NCBI GenBank assembly: GCA_046080385.1
Contig: JBJTTW010000066.1
Coordinates: forward strand, 1-60,346
Direction: 5' to 3'
Length of the DNA: 60,346 nucleotides
From: a bacterium
GTDB lineage: Bacteria > Cyanobacteriota > Vampirovibrionia > LMEP-6097
Position 1 is the stretch's first letter, and each line of letters starts with the position of its first letter. The position numbers and the translations under genes were made by a program. Positions 19,333-28,029 of the stretch are shown piece by piece. Below the pieces are notes generated by a model. It had not been told where the DNA came from. It worked only from the letters and a program-made list of their open reading frames with translations, and searched no databases.

Positions 19333-20124
19333 CTAGTCTTGATTTTCAAACAGAAAGCTTATATTTTCTGTAAAAGCTTTAAGGTATTTAGTAATTAGTT
19401 CTTCTGCTTGAATGTTATCATCAAACTCAATAGTAATGCAGTCCAGTTTCTTGTCTTTAGAGTAAGAGCCAAGTGAGCCAGGGGTTGGATAGCCAATGTC
19501 TTCAGTAAATTCCAATCCTGTATCGCGTGCAAGTTTTATAGCAAAGTCTTTATGAGTACCGAGCCCGTCATAATTTACTTGAGGAGCATTCGGAAAGCGA
19601 ATGAAGTGGTTAGTATGAAAGCTAATAATTAAATCAAAATCAAGCGCTTCTATCAATTTAGTTAATAGTTGAGTTTCAATTTCACTTGCAGGAAAGTCAC
19701 CAGGATAATAGGGATTTTTTTCACCATCTATTCTAAATTTCGCACTCTGCCAATTTTGGCTTGGCATATTACGATTTAAATCTACGTCGTGATGATTATG
19801 GCGAGTGAAATTTTTTAAACCATGTGGATTTAATATTGGTATTGCGATGATTCTAAAATCTTTAAGTTCATCTAAGTTCAGTTCTAGATCATTAATTTGG
19901 ATGGCATTGCTCTCTGCTTCATGCGCGGTTAGTCCAAGTAGCTCGGATACTGAGAATATTCCTATTGATTCTTTGTTGAGAGCAACACTGGTATGCAGTG
20001 AAACTCCATTCTCTGCGCTTTTGTGAGAGTCATCCGTGGATAAAATTTGAGAAAGAAGATTGCTCAAAAAAGCAGAACTCTGAGGTTCTACTCCATGCGT
20101 TCCCGCGATTAACAACAGTCTCAT
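19333..20124 (-). CDS. M14-family zinc carboxypeptidase/amidase (MpaA-like)
   Basis: AGTHGVEPQS (HxxE), ILNPHGL...DVDLNRNMP and ISFHTN. Confidence 0.7.
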   Translation of the reverse strand: MRLLLIAGTHGVEPQSSAFLSNLLSQILSTDDSHKSAENGVSLHTSVALNKESIGIFSVSELLGLTAHEAESNAIQINDLELNLDELKDFRIIAIPILNPHGLKNFTRHNHHDVDLNRNMPSQNWQSAKFRIDGEKNPYYPGDFPASEIETQLLTKLIEALDFDLIISFHTNHFIRFPNAPQVNYDGLGTHKDFAIKLARDTGLEFTEDIGYPTPGSLGSYSKDKKLDCITIEFDDNIQAEELITKYLKAFTENISFLFENQD

Positions 20125-20134
20125 CGACTTACTC

Positions 20135-20461
20135 CTAGGCTTTAATAGGGAAAATATTTTGTAGTTTCATTGCAAGCCCCATGTCACCTTTAACTTTCAG
20201 CTTGCCTTGCATAAAAGCCATTTGACTATTGAGTCTGCCTTCACGAATGGAGATCCAGTCTTTATCGCTCATCGCTATTTCTACACTCGGATTTGATAAT
20301 GGAGTAGAACTGAATTCACACTCCTTATCTTTTATTGAAAAAACCCATGTTCCACCTTCTGGGCCTGAAATATTAAACTGATAAGTTGCAGCGATTCCTG
20401 CTGCTCCTTCTGGGTTGAAATGCTTGTGCATTTCCTCGAAAACTTCACCAATAGTCGCCAT
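20135..20461 (-). CDS. SCP2 sterol-carrier-domain protein
   Basis: ATYQFNISGPEGGTWVFSIKD...LNSQMAFMQGKLKVKGDMGLAMKLQNIF. Confidence 0.85.
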   Translation of the reverse strand: MATIGEVFEEMHKHFNPEGAAGIAATYQFNISGPEGGTWVFSIKDKECEFSSTPLSNPSVEIAMSDKDWISIREGRLNSQMAFMQGKLKVKGDMGLAMKLQNIFPIKA

Positions 20462-20579
20462 GATTTTTATCTTATCATTGAATTTTCAAAAGATTGCAAA
20501 CCTAGTAAGTTAATTGCTAGAATAATTAGCCTGCTTAATTGTCTTGACTTGGGACTAATAATGTAGATGGTAAAATAAT

Positions 20580-21365
20580 ATGTCAATAGAAATAAAAGAA
20601 GCAAATAGCGTGAATGATACAGCCACAGAAGCTGAAAAATTGGAAAAGCTTGAGGCGAAAAAAGCTGAGGCTAAAGAATTACTAAGAGCACTGGTAGCAG
20701 CTGGTTCACATTTAGGGCACCCTACTCGTAAGAAAAACCCTAAGATGGATGCCTACATTCACTCTGCGAAGAATGGCTTGCATGTTATTGATGTTTCTAT
20801 AACGGTCTCTAATATGATGAGGGCCGCAGAATTTTTAAAAAAACAAGTCAAGCTTGATAGAAATATTCTGCTAGTGGGTACTTCTAAGCAAGCTTCTGAA
20901 TTAGTTAAGCTTGAGGCTGAAAGAGCGGGTATTTTCTTTATTAACCAGAGATGGTTAGGTGGATTGATTACTAACTTTGACATAATTAGATCTAGATTAA
21001 ACACTCTGAGAGAGCTTGAGCATTCTAGAGATACTGGTGGTTTTAAAGGTCTTGGGAAAAAGGAAATAGCATCTATTAATAGACAGATTCTAAAACTTAA
21101 TAGATCATTAGGTGGTCTTAAGAAGATGAAGGGTAGACCAGATGTGGTTATGGTTCTTGATCAGAAGAAAGATGCATTAGCTATAACTGAATCGAAGAAG
21201 CAAGGCAATATTACTATAATTTCTTTAGTGGATACAGATGGTGATCCGACTGGTATAGATTTTCCTATCCCTGCTAATGATGACTCTATTAGTTCACTTA
21301 GCTTCTTACTTAAATATTTTATGGATGTGATTTTGGCAGCTAAACAAAAAATATCTAAGAGATAA
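20580..21365 (+). CDS. rpsB: 30S ribosomal protein S2 (with ~30-aa Lys/Glu-rich N-terminal extension)
   Basis: LVAAGSHLGHPTRKKNPKM, INQRWLGGLITNF and VDTDGDPTGIDFPIPANDDSISS. Confidence 0.95.
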   Translation: MSIEIKEANSVNDTATEAEKLEKLEAKKAEAKELLRALVAAGSHLGHPTRKKNPKMDAYIHSAKNGLHVIDVSITVSNMMRAAEFLKKQVKLDRNILLVGTSKQASELVKLEAERAGIFFINQRWLGGLITNFDIIRSRLNTLRELEHSRDTGGFKGLGKKEIASINRQILKLNRSLGGLKKMKGRPDVVMVLDQKKDALAITESKKQGNITIISLVDTDGDPTGIDFPIPANDDSISSLSFLLKYFMDVILAAKQKISKR

Positions 21366-21406
21366 GCTATTATAGTTTTCGAGAGATAGAAGGAATTTAA
21401 AAGAAG

Positions 21407-22294
21407 ATGAGTTTTGGAGCAAAAGACGTAGCTGAATTAAGAGCGATGACTGGTGTCGGCATGATGAAGTGCAAAGAAGCCTTGACCGAGTCTAATGGAA
21501 ACATAGAAGAAGCTGTTAATTATTTGCGAAAGAAAGGTATAGCGGGTGCTGCTAAGAAAATTGGTAATATCGCTGCTGAAGGAATTATTGCAGTGGCTGT
21601 GGCTGATGATAAGAAGTCTGCGACTCTTATTGAACTTAATTGTCAAACTGATTTCGTTGCTAAGAATGATGATTTTATTAACTTTGCTAAGAAAATTGCG
21701 AAGATAGCTTTAGATACTAAGTCTAATAATTTAGAAGAAGTTCTAGCTGTAGATTTTGAAGGAAAGCCTTTAAGTGAGACTATCCTTGAGCAGATTTCTA
21801 AAATTGGTGAAAAAATAGAGCTTAGAAGATTAGCATATTTAAAGACTGATGGTGTGGTAGCTCCATATATACACCCAGTTGGTTATAAAATTGGTGCTTT
21901 AGTTGCTTTATCTGGTACTGCTGTAACTGAGGATAAAGCTTTAGATCTTGCTATGCACGTAGCTGCTAGTAATCCAGCTCCAGAGTTTAAAACTAGAGCG
22001 GATATTTCAGCTGAGGTAATTGCTACTGAGAAGAATATAGAGATGCAGAAAGATGATCTTAATGGGAAACCTGATGAGATTAAAGAGAAGATTGTTGAGG
22101 GTAGAATCGGTAAGCTTCTTGCTGTGAAGACTTTAGACGAACAGCCATTTATTAAAAATCCAGACCAGAAGGTTAAAGATTATTTGGGCGGGGCGACTAT
22201 TGATGCTTTTGTTTTACTTAAAGTTGGTGAAGGTATACAGAAAAAAGAAGATAACTTCGCAGATGAAGTAGCTTCTATGATGGCTGGATCTTAA
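21407..22294 (+). CDS. tsf: Elongation factor Ts
   Basis: VAELRAMTGVGMMKCKEALTESNGNIEEAVNYLRKKG. Position directly after rpsB. Confidence 0.95.
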   Translation: MSFGAKDVAELRAMTGVGMMKCKEALTESNGNIEEAVNYLRKKGIAGAAKKIGNIAAEGIIAVAVADDKKSATLIELNCQTDFVAKNDDFINFAKKIAKIALDTKSNNLEEVLAVDFEGKPLSETILEQISKIGEKIELRRLAYLKTDGVVAPYIHPVGYKIGALVALSGTAVTEDKALDLAMHVAASNPAPEFKTRADISAEVIATEKNIEMQKDDLNGKPDEIKEKIVEGRIGKLLAVKTLDEQPFIKNPDQKVKDYLGGATIDAFVLLKVGEGIQKKEDNFADEVASMMAGS

Positions 22295-22311
22295 TTTAGA
22301 AGTCTGGTACT

Positions 22312-22397
22312 GCCGCAGTGGCGGAATCGGTAGACGCGCTTGACTCAAAATCAAGTTCCCTTAAAGAGTGTCGGTTCGAGTCCGACCTGCGGTACCA
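22312..22397 (+). tRNA. tRNA-Leu (anticodon CAA), 86 nt, CCA encoded
   Basis: GCCGCAGTGGCGGAATCGGTAGACGCG CTTGA-CTCAAAA-TCAAG, long variable arm, then GTCGGTTCGAGTCCGACCTGCGGTACCA. Confidence 0.9.
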
Positions 22398-22427
22398 ATA
22401 AATTAAAAAAGGGATTAATATATATCT

Positions 22428-23732
22428 ATGTCACAAGATCAACACAGGTTAAAATCCCTAGATGCACTGAGGACGCATGATTCTGGTTATCAGGATATTT
22501 TTTATAAAAGAAGCCAAAAAGATAGATTTAACAAATATTTAAGCAGATATCTTCAAGGTAAATCTCTTAGCTTGCATGGTGAATTAGTTAATAGGCCAGA
22601 CCTAATGGACTCTCTAGATATTAAGAGTCTATTTATTTTAAATGCTTTAACTTATGAGATTCATTTAGAGGAAAAGAATCTCTTTGTGGTAAAAAGAAAT
22701 GAATTTATAGCTAACTCTCTTGCAAAGAAGCTTTTAGATGTTTATACGAAAATTTATAAATATGTTCAATTAGATGAGGACTTAGATAAGAGATTTAAGA
22801 ATATAGATTTTTATACTATTGTTAATTTATTACCAACTGTAATCGTTTACTATACTGATTTTATATTAGTCAATCAACTTGAAGAGCTTTATCCTAAAGC
22901 CTTTGAAATATTATCTAATAAAAACTTATTTGATAATCTAAAAGAAGAATCTTTAAAGCCAGAGAGATTACGTTTACTTGCTTTATATCATAGGCGTAAT
23001 AAAGATTTAGGGAAAGCCGATGATGTCATGTTAGAGTACAGAGAGCATTATCTCCCAGACTTAACTAAGAAAGTTAGCTTAAAGAAATTACCAAATAAGC
23101 ATAGTTACCCACCTTCAGAAGTGGTTAATAACCTAGGTGTGCTTTATCAAGAGATCAAGGATATTCAGGCAGAGGTCTGCAATCTCACTGGCGTTAATGA
23201 AGATACCTGTTTTTATTATAGTTGTTCAGAGTGCTGTCATAATGACTATCCTGTACTCTATTACTCTGAATATAAATATTTAGTCCAGAAACTCAAAGAA
23301 GAAGGGCGTGATATCGAAATTTATAAAGCCAAGGCTAGAGACATCCAAAGCAAGCATGTAGAAAAGTATGGCTATGAGCTGAAGCTCACCAATAAACATA
23401 GACCGACTAAAGAAGATGCGAATCCTAATGATTTTAAATATAGTTGTCCTTTCTTAGGTGAATCGGGTGGCTGTTCGGTACACCAGATTCGTCCGATGAT
23501 GTGCAGGGCCTACGGTCTCTCCACTTCTGATAACAGAAATGTTCAGTCTTGTAATTATTACCTAAAACAACATCAGTATAATTCCAATTATGAGAATATT
23601 CGTTATGTTTACGACGTCAGACCTTATGTAGCTTTAATTGAGGCTAGTGATGCTTACCAAATCAAGCAGGATTTTAATGAGAGTAAAAATCTCTGTGGTA
23701 CTTTTATTGCTTGGCTGTGTAGTGATTATTAA
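22428..23732 (+). CDS. Hypothetical protein with C-terminal YkgJ-type Cys-rich (CxxCxxCC) zinc/iron-chelating domain
   Basis: CFYYSCSECCHNDYP ... SCPFLGESGGCSVHQIRPMMCRAYG. The N-terminal ~250 aa are unassigned. Confidence 0.6.
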   Translation: MSQDQHRLKSLDALRTHDSGYQDIFYKRSQKDRFNKYLSRYLQGKSLSLHGELVNRPDLMDSLDIKSLFILNALTYEIHLEEKNLFVVKRNEFIANSLAKKLLDVYTKIYKYVQLDEDLDKRFKNIDFYTIVNLLPTVIVYYTDFILVNQLEELYPKAFEILSNKNLFDNLKEESLKPERLRLLALYHRRNKDLGKADDVMLEYREHYLPDLTKKVSLKKLPNKHSYPPSEVVNNLGVLYQEIKDIQAEVCNLTGVNEDTCFYYSCSECCHNDYPVLYYSEYKYLVQKLKEEGRDIEIYKAKARDIQSKHVEKYGYELKLTNKHRPTKEDANPNDFKYSCPFLGESGGCSVHQIRPMMCRAYGLSTSDNRNVQSCNYYLKQHQYNSNYENIRYVYDVRPYVALIEASDAYQIKQDFNESKNLCGTFIAWLCSDY

Positions 23733-23747
23733 ACGCTTACTCAGGAA

Positions 23748-23970
23748 GAGACCACTGCACAACGTGCAGTTTCAAGGCTGAGGAGGACGAATGACCGCAG
23801 TGTACTCAAGGTACATGATACCATTCTGGAAAATTCTTTTGAGTCCAAGCAGTCCGAAACTAGGACTGCGCAAGGGACATATAAAAGTCTTTTTCAGATT
23901 AAAATGGTATTTTGGTATGAGGATCATGAGGAGGACGAAAACGCAGAAAATGGAGTTGTGCAGTAGTCTC
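23748..23970 (+). mobile_element. Family-1 (NAEIG element) long variant, ~223 bp, with terminal inverted repeats
   Basis: Left end gagaccactgcacaac and right end gttgtgcagtagtctc (15/16 as inverted repeat). ctcaggaag occurs on both flanks (23740-23748 and 23968-23976). Contains modules C (gtttcaaggctgaggaggacgaatgaccgcagtg), B (tgaggatcatgaggagga) and A (cgaaaacgcagaaaatggag). Confidence 0.8.
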
Positions 23971-25867
23971 AGGAAGTGTATTCTGCATTAATCTTCACAT
24001 AGTCATAACTTAAATCATTCCCAAGAAAATGTGAAGAATTTAGAACCTCGTCTGCAAGCGATGGCGTGGTCTCTTTATTGTTAACAGTTAATTGACTTTT
24101 ATTTAAACCAATAGTTATCTCTACGTGCCTTGCCTGTTTCAATCGCTTAGCGAGTTTATCTAAATCCTCTCCGAAAAGCTGTGCAGAAGCATTTTTAAAA
24201 ACACAGCTATCCAATAGATTTACTTCAATTAAGCTCATGTCTAAGCCTTCTAGCAGAGCTTCTTCCCGTGCGAAAGCTGCAACGATACGTCCCCAATTCG
24301 GGTCATTACCAAAGATAGCAGTTTTAACTAACATCGAATTGATAATATTTTTGCCAATTTTTTGAAGATTTAATGGACTGATGGGTAAATGTTCTAGCTT
24401 TAAGTCTATGATTTTAGTTAAACCTTCACCATCTGCAATAATTTGATAACAGAGTCCTTTGCAGACCTCTTCAAGAGATGATTTGAATTCTTCTCGGCTA
24501 ATTTCTTCCCCGCTAAAATTATTTAAGAGGAGAACCATGTCATTAGTACTAGTATCACCATCTACACTAATGTTATTAAAAGTAGCATTGACGATTTCAC
24601 TTAGAGTCTCTTGCATAAATTTCGTAGCTTTTTCATTATTCAGCCCAGAGATTTTTAGATCCGTAATAATAAAACCAAGCATAGTTGCCATATTCGGAGC
24701 TATCATCCCAGAGCCTTTACAGATGCCAAGAAATCGCTGTTTCTTATCCTGACTGATTTTCGGGGCGGTATCTGTGGTCATAATCGCTCTAGCGAAATCA
24801 TAGACAGCTTCATAGGATTCAGAATTTCTCTTTTCTTCTATTTTTTCGGTGAAAACTTTTTTAGCGTGACTGAGGTCAAGTTTGCGTCCTATAACCCCTG
24901 TACTTGCCGACAGCACCTTTGGACACTGCTCCCAGACTCCAATTTCATCGTTTTCGTCGTCCTCATGATCCTCATGTACCCGCAGTACACTGCGGTCATT
25001 CGTCCTCCTTAGCCTTGAACTTGCGCGCCTATGAGCAGCGTCTTGTGTGGACTGCTCCCAGGCTCCAATTTCAGAGCTATTTGCAATAAAATTTTCAAGC
25101 AGTTTCCTCAAATCGTTATCGGCTTTAATCCCATCTTCTCCAGTGCAGCAGTTAGCATTACCAGAATTCGCGATAAGACCATAGACGGTTTTAGATTTTA
25201 ATTTTATGTTCTGCTCTATGCATATAGCTTTCATCGCATTAGTCGTAAAGGTACCAGCCCATGAACATGGTTTCTCTGAAAATAAAACTGCCATATCCAA
25301 GTTATTCGTTTTAGATGCAGCTTTAATTCCCGAATGAAAACCCGTCAGAGAAAAGTATTTAGGCAGCGACGGTATATAGGCTTTAGCTAAAAGGGTGTAG
25401 CCTTCTGCACCGTAGTAAAGCGCTAGAGGCATTAAGGCGTAACTGTAAGCCTGTACGCCTTGTGAAATTAGTAAGGCTTTTTCTTCTTCAGAGGGTACTT
25501 CACCATCGGCAAGAGCAGCCACTTTAATCCCTAGGCACTGTTGCGGAACTCCAATTTCTGCGTTTTCGTCGTCCTCATGATCCTCATGCACACCTAGTGC
25601 ACTGCGGTCATTCGTCCTCCTCAGCCTTGAACTTGTTCGTTCGGCAGCAGTGCCCTCTAAAGACTGTTGCGGAACTCCAATTTCCGCGTTTTCGTTGTTA
25701 AGCTGGGATTTATACAATTCAGTAACAGGGATAAAACCTATATTTCTAGGACTAGAGCCTGTTAAATTAAGATGATCTATAATCCAGAGTTCTTTTCCGG
25801 CTAGCTCTTCTGTAAGTGGAATTACAGGAATAAAAAGTTCTTTGATTTTCATCTTTCCATGAGCCAT
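23969..25867 (-). CDS. argJ: Glutamate N-acetyltransferase / amino-acid acetyltransferase ArgJ, enlarged (632 aa) by repeat insertions and an extra N-terminal region
   Basis: GFHSGIKAA...FTTN, STGVIGRKL, autoprocessing site PNMATMLGFIITD, GDTSTNDMV, NDPNWGRI and C-terminus YVKINAEYTS*. An alternative start at Met146 (ATG 25430-25432) is possible. Confidence 0.85.
   Translation of the reverse strand: MAHGKMKIKELFIPVIPLTEELAGKELWIIDHLNLTGSSPRNIGFIPVTELYKSQLNNENAEIGVPQQSLEGTAAERTSSRLRRTNDRSALGVHEDHEDDENAEIGVPQQCLGIKVAALADGEVPSEEEKALLISQGVQAYSYALMPLALYYGAEGYTLLAKAYIPSLPKYFSLTGFHSGIKAASKTNNLDMAVLFSEKPCSWAGTFTTNAMKAICIEQNIKLKSKTVYGLIANSGNANCCTGEDGIKADNDLRKLLENFIANSSEIGAWEQSTQDAAHRRASSRLRRTNDRSVLRVHEDHEDDENDEIGVWEQCPKVLSASTGVIGRKLDLSHAKKVFTEKIEEKRNSESYEAVYDFARAIMTTDTAPKISQDKKQRFLGICKGSGMIAPNMATMLGFIITDLKISGLNNEKATKFMQETLSEIVNATFNNISVDGDTSTNDMVLLLNNFSGEEISREEFKSSLEEVCKGLCYQIIADGEGLTKIIDLKLEHLPISPLNLQKIGKNIINSMLVKTAIFGNDPNWGRIVAAFAREEALLEGLDMSLIEVNLLDSCVFKNASAQLFGEDLDKLAKRLKQARHVEITIGLNKSQLTVNNKETTPSLADEVLNSSHFLGNDLSYDYVKINAEYTS
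24921..25074 (-). mobile_element. Family-1 composite insertion in the argJ core domain (full element plus adjacent solo left end)
   Basis: ggacactgctcccagactccaatttcatcgttttcgtcgtcctcatgatcctcatg...cattcgtcctccttagccttgaacttg..., then ggactgctcccaggctccaatttc. Translated as SEIGAWEQSTQDAAHRRASSRLRRTNDRSVLRVHEDHEDDENDEIGVWEQC. Confidence 0.85.
25534..25693 (-). mobile_element. Family-1 composite insertion in the argJ 5' region (full ~122-bp element plus adjacent solo left end)
   Basis: TIRs ggcactgttgcggaac (25534-25549) and gttcggcagcagtgcc (~25639-25654). The solo copy actgttgcggaactccaatttccgcgttttcg is at 25662-25693. Translated as ENAEIGVPQQSLEGTAAERTSSRLRRTNDRSALGVHEDHEDDENAEIGVPQQC. 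Confidence 0.85.
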
Positions 25868-26871
25868 AGTGGTTGAAATACGGAGGATGCTGTACCATTC
25901 TCACCCGTTAAAAGATTTTTTATAGAATCTCTCTGTGACATCTTCATGCCGAATAGACCTTCTAATGAAGAAAATTGACCGCCATCCCAAGTCTCTCTAA
26001 AAGCGAGGCTGTCAGCGCCTTTTACTTTATATTTAGTTTTTAATAAATCTTTCAGAATAACTTTAGAGTCTTCTAATGTTCCAAGATGATCTACTAGTCC
26101 GACTTCTTTTGCTTGAGAACCCGTATAAATTATCCCTCTTGCAATAATCTGAAGTTTATCTATCTCGATACCTCTACCAGCATGAATATCATTTAAAAAT
26201 TGATCGTAACTGTTTTCTAGGAGCTTATTTAAGATGCTTATTTCTTCAGGTATTAATTCTCTTTGACTAGAACCTATGTCCTTAAATTTACCTGCTTTAA
26301 AAGTCTGATCTTTAATCCCAAGTCTATCAAAAAATCCTTTAAGATTCACTCCCTGACTAATAACACCGATACTGCCAGTAAGAGTACCAGGGTTAGCGAC
26401 TATGGAATCAGCGGCACTTGCTATGTAATAGCAACCACTGCCACATATGTCTCCCATAGAGACTAGTACTGGTTTTTTAGCTTCGCGAAGTTTCTTTACC
26501 AGTTGGTAAATTTCTTGACTAGCTGCGACCGTTCCACCAGGACTATTCATTCTTAAAAGAACAGCTTTCGCTTTTTTATCATCTAAGGCTTTTTGTAATT
26601 CCTGTTTACAGCTAATGGCATCGGTAGCAGAACTAAAAGGGCTGCTTTTTGCAAAGCCATCATAAATAACACCTTCAAGTCCAATGATTGGAATATAATC
26701 CTGATAGTTACCAATTTGAGATAATAATTCTTTTTTAACCTCATTCCCAGAGTGCATTTGACCTTGCCCGTCTTTTAAAAGAACCATGCCAAGGATGGAA
26801 GATAATAAACAAAGAGCTAGCAGCGTGACAACGACGATGACTTCTCTTTTTTCTTGCTTAATTAAACTCAT
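25849..26871 (-). CDS. sppA: Signal peptide peptidase SppA (36K type)
   Basis: NSPGGTVAASQEIY, GDICGSGCYYIASAAD, TGSIGV and an N-terminal TM. Confidence 0.9.
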   Translation of the reverse strand: MSLIKQEKREVIVVVTLLALCLLSSILGMVLLKDGQGQMHSGNEVKKELLSQIGNYQDYIPIIGLEGVIYDGFAKSSPFSSATDAISCKQELQKALDDKKAKAVLLRMNSPGGTVAASQEIYQLVKKLREAKKPVLVSMGDICGSGCYYIASAADSIVANPGTLTGSIGVISQGVNLKGFFDRLGIKDQTFKAGKFKDIGSSQRELIPEEISILNKLLENSYDQFLNDIHAGRGIEIDKLQIIARGIIYTGSQAKEVGLVDHLGTLEDSKVILKDLLKTKYKVKGADSLAFRETWDGGQFSSLEGLFGMKMSQRDSIKNLLTGENGTASSVFQPLWLMER

Positions 26872-26954
26872 ATCAATTAATTGTAACGCTATTTTAATTT
26901 TTAAAGCTCTATATTGGCGGCAGTTCTATGAATTTTGCTACAATAGGCTAGCAG

Positions 26955-27971
26955 ATGGAAGAGAAAAAATTAAAAGCAATGGTACTTGCAGCTGGAATCG
27001 GTTCTAGACTCGAACCACTGACTAGTATTTTACCAAAACCACTTGTGCAGATAGCTGGTAGACCGGTGATGGAGCATATACTTCTCTTACTGAAAAAGCA
27101 CGGCATTACAGATGTCGTATCTAACACGTATCATCTTGCACCGAAGCTCCATGATTATTTTGCTGACATTAAACAGAGAGAAGGTATTGATATTCATTTT
27201 ATACATGAATCGAAACTCTCTGGCGTTGCTGGTGGTATCAGGGCTTGTAGAGAATATTTGAAAGGTTCTACTGTTTGTATTATTATGGGCGATGCACTTA
27301 CTAACGCTGATTTAACTAAATTATTACAAGCACACCAAAAAGCAGTTAAAGAAAATAACTGCAAAGTTACTATCGCAAAGATGCAAGTGGAAGATACGAC
27401 GCATTTCGGGGTAGTCGTGACTGATGGTAAAGGTCGGGTTATTAATTTTCAAGAAAAGCCAAAGCCAGAAGAAGCTCTCTCTAACTGGGCGAATACTGGT
27501 ATTTATTTCTTTGAGCCTGAAATTTTAGATATGATTCCTAGTATAGAAGAGGCACCTGTATATGATGTGGCTCATGATCTTTTCCCGAAGCTTCTAGAAG
27601 CTGGAGTCTATATGCAGGCTGTGGCCGTGGATGCGGATATTTATTGGGCTGATATTGGTACACCTCAGCAGTATATTCAGACGATGAAAGATATAGCTTC
27701 TGGTTCAGTAAATTTTGACAGCTTTAAACCCCTAATTCGCTCTAAAGATATATCTCCGTTAGCGAGTTTGATTGAAGATAACGAAATTGGTGATAAGACT
27801 GTGATCGCTGATACTGTAAGCTTGAAAAACTGTGTGATTTGGGATAATGTGGAAATCGGTGAGGGAGCTGATCTTGAAGATTGTATAGTAGTTTCTGGTG
27901 TGAAAATTAATCCTTATGAAAAACATAAAGGAAAGATTCTTGTAGCAGAAATGCCTATTGCTGCTAATTAA
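26955..27971 (+). CDS. Sugar-1-phosphate nucleotidyltransferase (GlmU/ManC-like, with left-handed beta-helix C-terminus)
   Basis: MKAMVLAAGIGSRLEPLTSILPKPLVQIAGRPVMEHIL. C-terminal hexapeptide-like repeats. Confidence 0.85.
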   Translation: MEEKKLKAMVLAAGIGSRLEPLTSILPKPLVQIAGRPVMEHILLLLKKHGITDVVSNTYHLAPKLHDYFADIKQREGIDIHFIHESKLSGVAGGIRACREYLKGSTVCIIMGDALTNADLTKLLQAHQKAVKENNCKVTIAKMQVEDTTHFGVVVTDGKGRVINFQEKPKPEEALSNWANTGIYFFEPEILDMIPSIEEAPVYDVAHDLFPKLLEAGVYMQAVAVDADIYWADIGTPQQYIQTMKDIASGSVNFDSFKPLIRSKDISPLASLIEDNEIGDKTVIADTVSLKNCVIWDNVEIGEGADLEDCIVVSGVKINPYEKHKGKILVAEMPIAAN

Positions 27972-28029
27972 AAGCTTTGTTCTTTTTCAACAAACTAATG
28001 AGACTGAGACGTGTCATAATTTCTTACGT

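Noticed and set aside
23791-23991. 66-aa plus-strand ORF between the YkgJ-like gene and argJ
   Set aside because: It lies entirely within the long family-1 repeat copy and overlaps the argJ 3' end. It has no RBS or family signal.
27958-28029. N-terminal 24 codons of ORF 27958-29103
   Set aside because: Alanine dehydrogenases begin at MIIGVPKE. The extension overlaps the preceding gene's end and has no homology.
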